A stretch of 64,000 nucleotides of DNA, taken from contig NC_086097.1 of NCBI RefSeq assembly GCF_963921235.1, forward strand, positions 55,306,001 through 55,370,000, written 5' to 3'. The stretch comes from Mobula hypostoma. Its lineage: Eukaryota. Made by a program: the position numbers and the translations under genes. How positions within the stretch are numbered: the first letter of the stretch is position 1; the number at the start of each line of letters is the position of its first letter. Positions 1 to 11,765 of the stretch are shown here, piece after piece. The notes below the pieces were generated by a model that worked only from the letters and a program-made list of their open reading frames with translations, was not told the origin of the DNA and ran no database searches.

Positions 1-1027
1 GCTGCTTATCCCTGTCCATCGATGCTGCCTGACCTGCAGAGTTCCTCCAGCATTTTGCATGTCTTACAAAGAACAACAGAAATGGGACTGAGCTTCCTGA
101 ACCTATCTGTCAAGGGAATGTAGAAGACCAACAAAAGCAATAGCGGGAATGTCCTTCCTTCCATACTACCCACTCTCTCAGCCCAGCAAGCACTCCACGA
201 CACACCAGTGGCAAAGTTTGTGTATTCTTCATCCCTATCTTAGAACCGACAGAACTGGAAAGAAGCACTTCTCAACCCGAAAGAGAAGATATGCAGAAGT
301 TACAAGAGGAGTGATGAGGAGTAAACCATAGTTTCCAGATTGGTGAAGAATGTCTGCAAGTTCAGCTTCTAAAATGGAAATTTTGGTGCTGATGGTCAGA
401 GGCAATGGGAGCAGCCGGCTAGAGCCAGAGGGAGACGTTAGTCTGCTGCCATGAGTTGAAAGATTTTGAAAACTCAGGGTTGATGGTACCTAATGCTTTA
501 AGGTATCTGCTAAAGATGGTTCTTGTTTCTGAAGCTTACAAGTGAGTGTATTTTTTAATAGCACGATAACTCTAAAGCTATGGTCCCTTTCAATAATTCC
601 AGGTATAATCCCAAGCATCTCATATTTTGAAATAACATGGTAAGACCTTATTTCATGGCTGAAGCTTTCATTCACTGGTAGTGTCCTAGTTGCAGTGTTC
701 ATAGACTGTTGTTCACATTTTCACACGTCATGTTTTTGACTTTGTTACTGTGAAGTTTCACTCACAGTCTCTAGCAACCCTAAAACATTTTTTTTTCAGA
801 TCCTGTTAAAACAGTTACTTAATACGCAAGTGAAACAGCTTTTACCACAAAAACAATCCTCCTCATGAACTATTAACATTATCGAGCCTGCAAAGAGACA
901 AAACAAACTTGAATTTGTAAGGCGTTGGAAACTACAATCAAAAATAGAAAATAGAAAACTGATGAAGGAGCATCAAAGCCATTCATTTCACTGGAAAATC
1001 TACTAAGGGATGCTAAGACTATACTAT

Positions 1028-2168
1028 CATAGGACATAGGAGCAGAATTAGGATAACTGCCTTATCAAGTCTGCTCCACCACTTGATCATGGCTGATTGA
1101 TTTTCCCTTTCAACCCCATTCTTCTACCTTCTCCCTGTAATCTTAGATGCCCGCACTAATCAAGAACCTATCAATCTGTACTTTAATTATACCCATTAAC
1201 GGCCTCCACAGCTGATCATGTTCACCTCTCTCCTCATCTCTAGAAAATCCTCCTCATCCCTATTCCAAATAGAGGTCCCTCTGTTCTGAGGTTGTGCCCT
1301 CTTGTCCTCGACTCCTCTTCTATAGGAAACATTCTCTCCACGTCCATTCTATCTTGGCCTTTCAATATTGGATAGGTTTCAATGAGATCCCCTCATCATT
1401 CTTCTAAACCCCAGTGAGTACGGGCCCAGAGCCATCAAATGCTCCTCAAATGTTAACCATTTCATTCCTGTAATCATTCTCATGAATCTCCTCTGGACCC
1501 TCTTCAATGTCAGCATATCTTTTCTTAGATAAGGGGCTCAAAGCTGCTCACAATACAAAACACAAGTTTGGTCTGACCAGTGCCTTATATAGCCTCCTTG
1601 GTTTTATATTCCAGTCCTGTTGAAATTAATGCTACCATTGAATTTGCCTTCCTTACCACTGACACAACCTGCAAGATAAGCTTTTGGGAATCTTGCCATA
1701 GGACTCCCAAGTCCCTTTGCATTGCTGATTTTTTGAATTTTCTCCCCCTTTGGAAAATAGTCTATGCCTTTATTCCACATTCCATCTGCCATTTATTTCC
1801 AATTCTCCTAATCTGTCTAAGTCCTTCTTCAAACTCTCTGCCTCCTCGACACTACCTGCACCTGCAAGAATTGCAGACTTGGCCACAAAGCCATCAATTC
1901 AGTCATCCAGATCATTAATGTGTAATGTGAAAAGATGTGGTCCCAACACCGACCCCTGTGGAACACCACTAGTCACTGGCAGTCAACCAGAAAAGTTCCC
2001 CTTTATTCCGTCTCTTTGCTTCCTGCCAGTCAGCCAATATTCCGTCCATGCTAATGTCATTCCTGTAATACCATGCCTTGTTACCTTGTTTAACAGCCTC
2101 GTGTGTGGCACCTTGTTGAAAGGTTTTGAAAATATAAGTAAACAACATTCACTGACACTCCTTTGTCT
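1028..2168 (-). mobile_element. CR1-clade LINE, 5'-truncated, degenerate (RT 3' half + 3' UTR)
   Basis: Minus-strand fragments KPFNKVPHTRLLNKV and WTEYWLTGRKQR; antisense ORF GPNTDPCGTPLVT corresponds to VTSGVPQGSVLGP; CR1-type tail (cataggacatagg on plus) at 1028. Confidence 0.9.
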
Positions 2169-2185
2169 TTCATGACTGCAATTTC

Positions 2186-3410
2186 TCCGGTACATCTATA
2201 GAAGTTTTTGAGTGTATTTGTTGACATACCAGACCTCTTCAAACTCCTAATGAAATATAGCCGCTCTCTTGCCTTCTTTATAACTGCATCAATACGTTGG
2301 GACCAGGTTAGGTCCTCAGAGATCTTGAGGAACTTGAAACTGTTCACTCTCTCCACTTCTGATCCCTCTATGAGGATTGGTACGTGTTCCTTTGTCTTAC
2401 CCTTCCTGAACTCCACAATCAGCTCTTTCATCTTACTGACATTGAGTGCAAGGTTGTTACTGTGACACCACTCCACAAATTAGCATATCTCACTCCTGTA
2501 CGCCCTCTCGTCTCCATCTGAGATTCTACCAACAATGGTTGTATCATCAGCAAATTTATAGATGGTATTTGAGCTATGCCTAACCACACAGTCATGGGTA
2601 CAGAGAGAAGAGCAGTGGGCTAAGCACACACCCCTGAGGTGCACCAGTGTTGATCATCAGTGAGGAGGAGATGTTATCAGCAATCCGCACATATTGTGGT
2701 CTTCTGGTTAGGAAGTTAAGGATCCAATTGCAGAGGGAGGTACAGAGACCCAGGTTCTGTAACTTCTCAATCAGGGTTGTGGGAATGATTGTATTAAATG
2801 CTGAGCTATAGTTGATGAACTGCATCCTGACATGGGTGTTTGTGTTGTCCAGGTGATCTAAAGCCATGTGAAGGACCATTGAGATTGCATCAGCCGTTGG
2901 ATCTACTGTGGCGATAGGCAAATTGCAATGGGTCCAGGTCTTTGCTGAGGCAGGAGTTTAGTCTAGTTATGACCAACTTCTCAAAGCATTTCATCACTGT
3001 AGATGTGAGTGCTACCAACCGATAATCATTAAGGCAGCTCACATTATTCTTCTTAGGCAATGGTGTAATTGTTGCCCTTTTGAATCAAGTGGGAACTTCC
3101 ATCTGTAGGCAATGAGAAGTTGAAAATGTCCTTGAATACTCCCGCCAGTTGGTTGGCACAGGTTTTCAGAGCCTTACCAGGTACTCCATCGGGACCTTCT
3201 GCCTTGCGAGGGTTCGCTCTTTAAAGACAGCCTAACATTGGCCTCTGAGACAGAGATCACAGGGTCATCAGGTACAGCAGGGATCTTCACAGCTGTAGTT
3301 ATATTCTCCCTTTCAAAGTAGGCATAGAAGGCAATGAGTTCATCTGGTAGTGAAGCATCACTGCCATTCATGCTATTGGGTTTCACTTTGTAGGAAGCAA
3401 TGTCTATCAA
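2186..3410 (-). mobile_element. Rex1/Babar-clade LINE fragment (RT region)
   Basis: ORFs 2592-2921 ([27 protein letters not shown]) and 2090-2476 (WCHSNNLALNVSKMKELIVEFRK); frameshifted. Confidence 0.85.
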
Positions 3411-3892
3411 TAGCTAGCAATTGCATTGACATTAACATGACAAGTTAAGGCAAAATGAAGCTAATGCTGAGTATGGAACTGAACATGTTTTACAAATTGT
3501 CTGGTGGGGCCAAGGTACTAAATTCCTGTATGGATCACTAGATATCCTGGAATACACTTTATGCTTCAATTTCTGGAAGAAAATCTGCTTTGGACTGTAC
3601 ATTGTTGCCATTACATAGTAAATGAGAGAATACTGATATTTCATTTAAATCACTGAAATGACCCTGCTAGCAACAAGTAATGGGTGGAATGGGACTAAAT
3701 TCTTTATTGTTTACAGTATGCTGGAGAATATTTCCAACAATATTGTGAAATCTAATGTCTCTAAGCTCCAATAATAAATGTGAAGGTAATGTTTGCTAAA
3801 GAGCATGGCAGTGCAAATTATTGTATTCTGTTGGCAACAGCAGATGTGATAACCATCTGGATTTTTCCCTTTCATTTACCCTTCAGGTAAAT

Positions 3893-6301
3893 TGCGACTC
3901 CAGGCCGGGTCTTCGCGTGCTGCTATTGTGACTCCCGTCTCCCCTTCCTCCATCACCACTCTGCAATCCCGTCTCCCTCAGATCCCACCGTCAGCTCCTG
4001 GGCCCTCAGAGGCTCTATCTTCCTCTCACCCCAACCCTCCCCTCTCCACTGACACCACGAGCCTCCCTCCCCCTCCCCGCTCTGATCCCAGCTCTCATCC
4101 GTGCCGGGTCTTTACCAACCCCTCCGACCTTCAACTCTCTGAGGCAGAACGCTCTGTCCTCAGTAAGGGCCTCACCTTTGTCCCCCTTCGCCCACACCTC
4201 AGCGAGTTCCGCGTTTGCCATGACGCTGAACTCTTCTTCCGCCGGCTCCATCTTCGAGCCTACTTCTTCGGCAAGGACTCTCCCACCCCCACCGATGACC
4301 CCTTCTCCTGTCTTCAACCCTCCTCCTCTTCATGGACACCCCACTCTGGTCTTCTGCCTGCTCTGGATCTCTTTATTGCTAACTGCCGATGGGACATCAA
4401 CCGCCTCGACTTTACCGCACCTTGTTCCCATTCCAACTTCTCTCCTTCGGAACGCTCTGCTCTCCACTCCCTCCGCACTAATCCTAACCTTATTATTAAA
4501 CCCGCCGATAAGGGGGGTGCTGTTGTAGTCTGGCGTACTGACCGCTACTTTGCCGAGGCACAGCGACAACCCCCTGATACCTCCTCTTATTTACCCCTCG
4601 ATTATGACCCCACTAAAGAGCACCAGGCCATTGTCTCCCACACCGTCACCAACCTTATCAGCTCTGGGGATCTCCCATCCACTGCTACCAACCTTATAGT
4701 TCCCACACCTCGCGCTTCCTGTTTCTACCTCCTACCCAAGATCCACAAACCTGCCTGTCCAGATAGACCCATTGTCTCAGCTTGCTCCTGCCCCACCGAA
4801 CTCATTTCTGCATACCTCGACACTGTTTTATCCCCCCTTGTTCAATCCCTTCCTACCTATGTTCGTGACACTTCTCACACTCTGAATTTTTTCAATGATT
4901 TTACGTTCCCTGGCCCCACCGTTTTATTTTCACCATGGATGTCCAGTCCTTATATACTTCCATCCCCCATCAGGAAGGTCTCAAAGCTCTCCGCTTCTTT
5001 TTGGATTCCAGACCTAACCAGTTTCCCTCTACCACCACTCTACTCCGTCTAGCGGAATTAGTCCTTACTCTTAATAATCTCCTTTGGCTCCTCCCACTTC
5101 CTCCAAACTAAAGGTGTAGCTATGGGCACCCGTATGGGTCCTAGCTATGCCTGCCTTTTTGTTGGCTTTGTGGAACAGTCCATGTTCCAAGCCTATTCTG
5201 GTATCTGTCCCCCACTTTTCCTTCGCTACATCGACGACTGCATTGGCACTGCTTCCTGCACACATGCTGAGCTCGTTGACTTTATTAACTTTGCCTCCAA
5301 CTTTCACCCAGCCTTCATATTTACCTGGGCCATTTCTGACACCTCCCTCCCCTTTCTTGATCTTTCTATCTCTGTCTCTGGAGACAGCTTGTCTACTATA
5401 ATCCTACAGACTCTCACAGCTACCTGGACTATTCCTCTTCTCGATCTATCACTTGCAAAAATGCCATCCCCTTCTCGCAATTCCTCCATCTCCACCACAT
5501 CTGCTCTCTGGACGAGGCTTTTCATTCCAGGACGAAGGAGATGTCTTCCTTTTTTAAAGAAAGAGGCTTCCCTTCCTCCACCATCAACTCTGCTCTCAAA
5601 CACATCTCTCCCATTTCACGCACATCTGCTCTCACTCCATCCTCCCCCCACCCCTCTAGGGATAGGGTTCCCCTTGTCCTCACCTACTACCCCACCACCC
5701 TCCGGGTCCAAAATATAATTCTCTGTAACTTCTGCCACCTCCAACGGGATCCCACCACCAAGCGCATCTTTCCCTCCCTGTATCTTTCCCTGCCCCCCTC
5801 TTTCTGCTTTCCACAGGGCATTGCTCCCTACACGACTCCCTTGTCCATTTGTCCCCCCCAACCCTTCCCACCAATCTCCTTTCCGGCACTTATCCTTGTA
5901 AGTGGAACAAGTGCTACACATGCCCTTACACTTCCTCCCTCACCAGCATTCAGAGCCCCAGACCCTCCTTCCAGGTGAGGCAACACTTCACCTGTGAGTT
6001 GGCTGGGGTGATATACTGTGTCCAGTGCTCCCAGTACGACGTTCTACATATTGCTGAGACCCGATGCAGACTGGGAGACCGTTTCGCTGAACACCTACGC
6101 TCTGTCTGCCAGAGAAAGCAGGATCTCCTAGTGGCCACACATTTTAATTCCACATCCCATTCCCATTCTGATATGTCTATCCACAGCCTCCTCTACCGTC
6201 AAGATGAAGCCACACTCAGATTGGAGGAACGACACCTTATATTCTGTCTGGGTAGCCTCCAACCTGATGGCATGAACATCGACTTCTCTAACTTCCGTTA
6301 A
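3893..6301 (+). pseudogene. Frameshifted PLE reverse transcriptase - GIY-YIG endonuclease ORF
   Basis: IIKPADKGGAVVV, FYLLPKIHK..RPIVS, MGTRMGPSYACLFVG, LRYIDDC, LPFLDL; Cys linker YPCKWNKCYTC; GVIYCVQC..LHIAET..RLGDRFAEH..LQPDGMN; spread over several frames. Confidence 0.9.
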
Positions 6302-6592
6302 TGCCCCACTTCCCCTTCTTACCCCATCCCTTATTTATTTATTTTTAATTTTTTCCCCCTTTCTTTCTCACTCTTTTTTCTCCCTCTGTCCCTCTCACTA
6401 CATCTTCCTCTGATGCTTCCCTCCCTCTTTCTTTCTTCCTAGGCCTCCTGTCCCATGATCCTCTCGTATCCCTTTTGCCAATTAACTTTCCAGCTCTTGG
6501 CTCCATCCCTCCCCCTCCTGTCTTCCCCTATCATTTCAGATCTCCCCCTCCCCCTCCCACTTTCAAATCTCTTACTAGCTCTTCTTTCAGTT

Positions 6593-6628
6593 AGTCCTGA
6601 CGGATGGTCTCTGCCCAAAACGTCGACT
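6593..6628 (+). ncRNA. Degenerate minimal hammerhead ribozyme (core mutated)
   Basis: AGTC-CTGACGG-...-AAAAC-GTC-GACT; aligns with the intact copies at 27652 and 31878 but CUGANGA and GAAA are both mutated. Confidence 0.7.
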
Positions 6629-6719
6629 GTACCTCTTCCTATGGATGCCGCCTGGCCTGCTGCATTCCACCAGCATTTTGTGTGTGTTGTTAGGTAAATC
6701 TACCTGTTGCATCTAATTT

Positions 6720-6910
6720 TATTTTCTAGATGCTGTACTCATTAACTATTTGGCATGGTGCCAAATGAACAGGAAAGTGAAAATTTGGCTTGGGCAGTGC
6801 AGGTACGAGAGGCTCCCTTTGTATTGGGACGCTGGCACCAGTATTGGGACAGGAGGCAGCTTTAGGATTTAGATCAGCACAACCCGAACCAGCTGGAACA
6901 ATGATTCAGA
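6720..6910 (+). mobile_element. Old CR1 ORF1 (esterase-like) remnant
   Basis: Translation LGRWHQYWDRRQL near 6824-6862 resembles the C-terminal part of the CR1 ORF1 SGNH esterase; heavily decayed. Confidence 0.45.
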
Positions 6911-7177
6911 TGAAAAGGACAAATTGAATAGTACAAAGTGACTGAAATTAATAATTGGGTCCAGAGACAGTAGAAAAATGGTAGTCTTCGGATAAAAGGA
7001 GGTCTAAGAGCAGATTACAGGCTAGAAGCAGTAAATGATCCATCTGAAGGCTTAAGGAAAGCAACTAAAATAGTATAAATTAAACAGAAAAAGGAAGACA
7101 TCAGGACAGAAAAACACCTTCGACTTTCTTGCCCCAAATACATGTAGTACTTGTAGCACATAGAGAATGTATCAAAC

Positions 7178-7406
7178 TGAAGCACCTTCAATGACTCCAA
7201 AAGACTGAAGTTGGGTAAAATACTGAAAGGGTTTTATTCACTGTACAATACGACCTCCATGGTGAGTGTCTGCCCCCGGACTGAGGGGGAGGGGCAAGGC
7301 GAACACCTTTATACAGGACTCTGTGGGAGGAGCCACAGGGGCAGTCAGCAGAGGGGCGTGTCCAGACAGGTAACCCAGTTACAACATATATACATGGTTT
7401 ACCACA
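7178..7406 (-). repeat. 3' LTR of Gypsy element
   Basis: Direct repeat of 11370-11598 (roughly 90% identical by eye); sense strand TGTGGTAAA...GCTTCA with TATAAAGG, TCAGT initiator and AATAAA. Confidence 0.95.
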
Positions 7407-7423
7407 TTCACCCCTCCTTTTTT
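7407..7423 (-). other. Polypurine tract
   Basis: Sense AAAAAAGGAGGGGTGAA immediately upstream of the 3' LTR. Confidence 0.85.
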
Positions 7424-7475
7424 AAAAAAGAGTCCCGCGGGGTGAAGTGACTGACAATATTTAAAACAAGTATAT

Positions 7476-10424
7476 TTACAGGTTAAGTCTATCAGGCGGT
7501 CGAGTCCGTCGCTGTGACCTACGTAGCACCGGTGGTGATTGCATCGGCGATGGTGGTTGTGCTGGCTCCGGCCTGATTTGAGGTGCCAGCACGTTAGGCG
7601 TTGTTAATCTCTCGTGCGTGTGCATCGTGCCCGGTATGGGAGTGTCGTGTGGTGTCTGTGTAGAGTTTGGAGTGCGCGGTGTCTCGTGGGTATATATATC
7701 GGTGGTTACGGGGTTAATAGTCACCATGGAGTGTTCAGGGTAGGGGTCCTGGTGCTCCTGCGGGCGCCAGGTCGTGGATGGAGACCGTGTCCTCCCGCCC
7801 ATCAGGTAATACCACGTAGGCATACTGGGGGTTCTCATGAAGTAAGTGAACCCTCTTGACCATCAGGGAGTATTTATTGCTCCTCGCATGTTTCCAGAGC
7901 AGCACTGGCCCCGGGGACGTCAGCCAAGTTGGTAGGGTGGTCCCAGTGGTCGACTTTCTGGGAAAAGAAAAGAGCCGCTCATGAGGTGTGGCATTGGTGG
8001 CTGTGCATAACAGGGAGCGGATGGAGTGGAGTGCCTCAGGAAAGACCTCCTGCCAGCGGGAGATCGGCAGTCCCTTTGACCTGAGGGCTAAGAGTGTGGC
8101 TTTCCACACCGTGCCATTCTCATTCACCACCTGTCCATTCCCCCGGGGATTATAGCTTGTGGTCCTACTGGTTGCAATTCCCCTAGCCAGCAGGTATGGG
8201 CGCAGCTCGTCACTCATAAACGAGGACCCTCTGTCACTGTGGATATAGCATGGGTATCCGAAAAGAGTGAAGATCTTGCGCAGGGCTTTTATAACTGATG
8301 TGGTAGTGGTGTCGGGGCAGAGGATGGCGAAGGGGAACCGCGAGTACTCGTTGATAATGTTAAGAAAGTACACATTGCGGTTGGTGGAGGGAAGGGGGCC
8401 CTTAAAGTCAACACTCAGTCGCTCAAAGGGGTGGGTGGCCTTGATTAGTTGTGCCTTTTTGGGTCGGTAGAAGTGCAGTTTGCACTCTGTGCAGACTTGG
8501 CAGTCCCTGGTCATCGTCCTGATCTCCTGAAGGGAGTAAGGCAGGTTCAGGGCTTTCACGAAGTGGAAAAGCCGAGTGACTCCCGGGTGGCAAAGGTCTA
8601 CATGTAAGGCGTATAGCAGGTCGATCTGCGCGCTGGCGCATGTTCCCCGGGATAGGGCATCAGAGGGCTCGTTGAGCTTCCCGGGCCTGTACATGATGTC
8701 ATAGTTGTAAGTGGAGAGTTCGATTCTCCACCTCAGAATTTTATCATTTTTGATTTTGCCCCGCTGTTGGTTATTAAACATGAATGCGACTGGTCAGTTT
8801 GCAGGGTGAACCTTTTGACGGCAAGATAGTGCCTGCAGTGCCTAATAGCTTCCACTATGGCCTGGGCCTCTTTCTCCACCGCGGAGTGCCGAATTTCAGG
8901 GCCTTGAAGGGTACGGGAGAAGAACGCCACTGGTCTTCCTGCCTGGTTGAGGGTAGCAGCCAGCGCAAAGTCGGAGGCGTCACTCTCCACTTGGAAGGGA
9001 ATGGCCTCATCCACCGCATGCATTGCTGCTTTGGCAATGTCCCCTTTTATGCGGCTGAAGGCTGTGCGGGCCTCGGCAGAGAGGGGGAATGTGGTGGACT
9101 TGACCAGGGGGCGGGCCTTGTCTGCATAGTTAGAGACCCATTGCGCGTAATATGAAAAGAAGCCCAGGCACCTTTTGAGGGCTCTGAGGGTGTTGGGAAG
9201 AGGGAGTTCCAACAGGGGGCGCATACGGTCAGGGCATACGGTGGGCCAATGACTCCATTCTCCACGACACACCCAAGGATAGCAAGAAGGGTGGTCTTGA
9301 ATACGCACTTGTCCTTGTTATAGGTGAGGTTGAAAGCTTTGGCCGCTTGGAGAAAGTTTTGGATGTTGTTGTCGTGATCCTCCTGGTCGTGACCGCAGAT
9401 GGTGATGTTATTCAGATATGGGAACGTGGCCTTCAGTTGGCACTGGTCCACCATCCAGTCCATTGCCCTCTGGAAGACAGATACACCATTCGTGACGCCA
9501 AAGGGGACGCACAGGAATTGATAAAGCCTGCCGTCCGCCTCGAAGGCAGTGTAAGGGCGGTCCTCCAGGCGGTTGGGGAGCTGATGGTAAGCGGATTTTA
9601 GGTCTATGGTTGAGTACACCTTGTACTGTGCTATCTGATTGACCATATCCACGATGCTGGGTAGAGGGTACGTGTTGAGCTGTGTGAACTTATTGATGGT
9701 CTGACTATAGTCCATGACCATCCTATTCTTCTCCCCGTTCCGAACAACCACCACCTGCGCCCTCCAAGGACTTGTGCTTGCCTCAATGACCCCTTCCCTG
9801 AGCAGCCACTGCACCTTCGACTTAATGTCCCCCGCGCTGTACCTCCTGCTTTTAGTTGCCACAGGTTTACAGTCGGGGGTCAAGTTGGCGAACAGCGGTG
9901 GGAAAGGGATCCTGAGGGTGGAGAGGCCGCGAGTGGCGTCGGTAGTGTGGCAGTTGGCATGATGTTGGGTGGGATGTGCGGGTCGGTGTGTGTGTGTGGT
10001 CAGTAGCAGGGTACGTGACATATCTCTACAAAACTGGGGATTTACGACAGTAATTGGTGGGAGGGGCCCATCATACTCCATTGTCACGGTCTTCAGGTGG
10101 CTCTGGAAGTCGAGCCCCAATAGCACAGGGGCACACAGTTGAGGCATAACCATTAACGTAAAGTCTCGATATTCTGTGCCCTGCACCACTAGTGTCGCTA
10201 CACAACCCCCCCCCCCCCCGGATGTCTGTTGTATGCAACTTGGAAGCCACGGTGACCCTCTGACTTACCGGCCGTATCATGAGTCCGCAATGCTGCACCG
10301 TGTCCGGGTGGATAAAACTCTCCGTGCTGCCTGTGTCAAACAGGCAGCTTGTCCTGCGCCCCTCCACCAGGATGTCCATCATTGACCTTGTGAGCTGCTG
10401 GGGAGCGCTTTGGTCGAGGGTCAC
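7476..10424 (-). pseudogene. pol: pol (protease, RT, RNase H, integrase), frameshifted
   Basis: PR CLFDTGSTESF; RT SPWRAQVVVV, IDLKSAYHQ, VPFGVTNG, YLNNI; RNase H VESDASDFAL, EKEAQAI; IN HVDLCHPG..CQVC, DFKGP, HSDRGSSF; C-terminal LRRSQRRTRPPDRLNL. Confidence 0.93.
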
Positions 10425-11343
10425 AGAAGCCAGGGTAGGTCCGGTGCGTTGGGGTGCCCCGTGAGCACCCGTTGGTCATAGGCGGTGGGAGGGGGCACTG
10501 ACCAAGATGGCTGCCCCCATGTCTCGCACGTGGTGGCGGCGTGCAGGGAAGATGGCGGCAGGCAAGATGGCGACCCCCATGTTTCGCACACGGCACTGCT
10601 CGATTCCGCTCGCGGTTTGGACTTACAGACCTTGGCGAAGTGGTCCTTCTTTCCGCAGCTGGAGCAGGTAGCTTGTCGGGCCGGGCAGCGTTTCCGGGGG
10701 TGTTTCTCCAGTCCGCAGAAGTAGCACTTTGCAGAATCATGACTGGCGGCAGCCGAGGTCAATTTGCCGGCGGGTTGTGGGGTCTGCAGCGCCCACGAGG
10801 CCGTCGGGGGATCGCGTGCCTGGAGAGCCTCAGATTTGTGCAGAGCGGCCTCCAGCGTGTCGGCCAGCTCGATCGCTGAACTTAAGGTAAGATCGGCTTT
10901 TTCCAGCAGCCGCTGGCGCACGTACACTGACTTGGTCCCCGTGACGAAGGCGTCTCTCACTAGGAGCTCTGCATGCTGCGCCGCTGTCAGCTCCTGGCGA
11001 TTGCAGGCCCACACGAGTGTCTGTAGGGCCTGGACAAACTCAGCACTCGATTCCCCGGGGCGTTGTTGCCGTGTCGCTAAACAGTGCCGAGCATAGACGC
11101 TGTTTATCGGCCGCAGGTATTGTCTTTTGAGTGCGTTCATCGCGCCGTCGTAGTTCGGCTGGTCAGCGAATAGACCTGTGGACTGACCCCGGAGGGTAGA
11201 AATCTGTGCTTCGCTACGGAGTTGGTCGCTTTAATCTCCTCTAGGTACGCTTCGAAGCAGGCCAGCCGGAGTTCAAAAGCATTTCCAGCTTCAGGCGTGT
11301 GCGGATTGAGGTCTAACTTGTTGGGTCTCAGAGCGTGTTCCAT
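10421..11343 (-). pseudogene. gag: gag with two CCHC zinc knuckles, one frameshift near 11150
   Basis: ORFs 11137-11343 and 10421-11140; RQQRPGESSAEFVQAL; CYFCGLEKHPRKRC and CSSCGKKDHFAKVC. Confidence 0.9.
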
Positions 11344-11354
11344 GCTTTAAAATT

Positions 11355-11367
11355 TACAGCGAATAAA
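11355..11367 (-). other. Non-tRNA primer-binding-site-like sequence complementary to the LTR
   Basis: Sense TTTATTCGCTGTA lies 2 nt after the 5' LTR and is the exact complement of sense TACAGCGAATAAA at 11425-11437; no TGG. Confidence 0.75.
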
Positions 11368-11369
11368 GT

Positions 11370-11598
11370 TGAAGCACCTTCAATAACTCCAAAAGACTGA
11401 AGTTGGGTAAAATACTAAAAGGCTTTTATTCGCTGTACAATACAACCTCCATGCCGAGTGTCTGCCCCCAGACTGAGGGGGAGAGGCAAGGCGAAATCAG
11501 CTTTATTCAGGGGTCTGTGAGAGGAGCCACAGGGGCGGTCAGCAGAGGGGTGTGTCCAGACAGTTAACCCAGTTACAACATATATATGGTTTACCACA
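11370..11598 (-). repeat. 5' LTR of Gypsy element
   Basis: Direct repeat of 7178-7406, TG...CA ends. Confidence 0.95.
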
Positions 11599-11624
11599 CA
11601 AATAAAGTCATTAGTGGTACAAGT

Positions 11625-11765
11625 TTCTGGCTTCTTCCCCCCTTTCTTTCGAAAGCTGATGAAAGGTCTCAGCATGAAACCTCGGCTGCCTGACCTGCTG
11701 AGTTCCTCCTGCATTTTGTATGTGTTGCTCTAGACTTGCAGCATCTGCAAGATCTCTTGTGTTTA
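11625..11765 (+). mobile_element. PLE 3'-terminal fragment with degenerate hammerhead
   Basis: CTGATGA-AAGGTCTCAGCAT-GAAAC followed by the family tail ctgcctgacctgctgagttcctcc...cagcatctgca. Confidence 0.8.

Larger units (their letters stand above)
3893..6691 (+). mobile_element. Penelope-like retroelement (Neptune-like), 5'-truncated, with 8-bp TSD
   Basis: RT and GIY-YIG remnants, pyrimidine-rich 3' UTR, hammerhead-like tail; AGGTAAAT at 3885-3892 and 6692-6699. Confidence 0.92.
7178..11598 (-). mobile_element. Ty3/Gypsy LTR retrotransposon, full-length, decayed (4421 bp)
   Basis: Two 229-bp TG...CA LTRs; gag-PR-RT-RH-IN order; PPT next to the 3' LTR; imperfect 5-bp TSD CAAAC (7173-7177) / CAAAT (11599-11603). 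Confidence 0.96.

Noticed and set aside
3559..3663. Possible terminal coding exon on minus strand (GHFSDLNEISVFSHLLCNGNNVQSKADFLPEIEA*) after a TAGCAG acceptor
   Set aside because: No recognisable homology and no linked upstream coding exon; could be chance
7476..7838. env-like or chromodomain ORF after integrase
   Set aside because: It is the frameshifted Pro/Thr-rich integrase tail ending in LRRSQR..PPDRL; no signal peptide, transmembrane segment or chromodomain pattern
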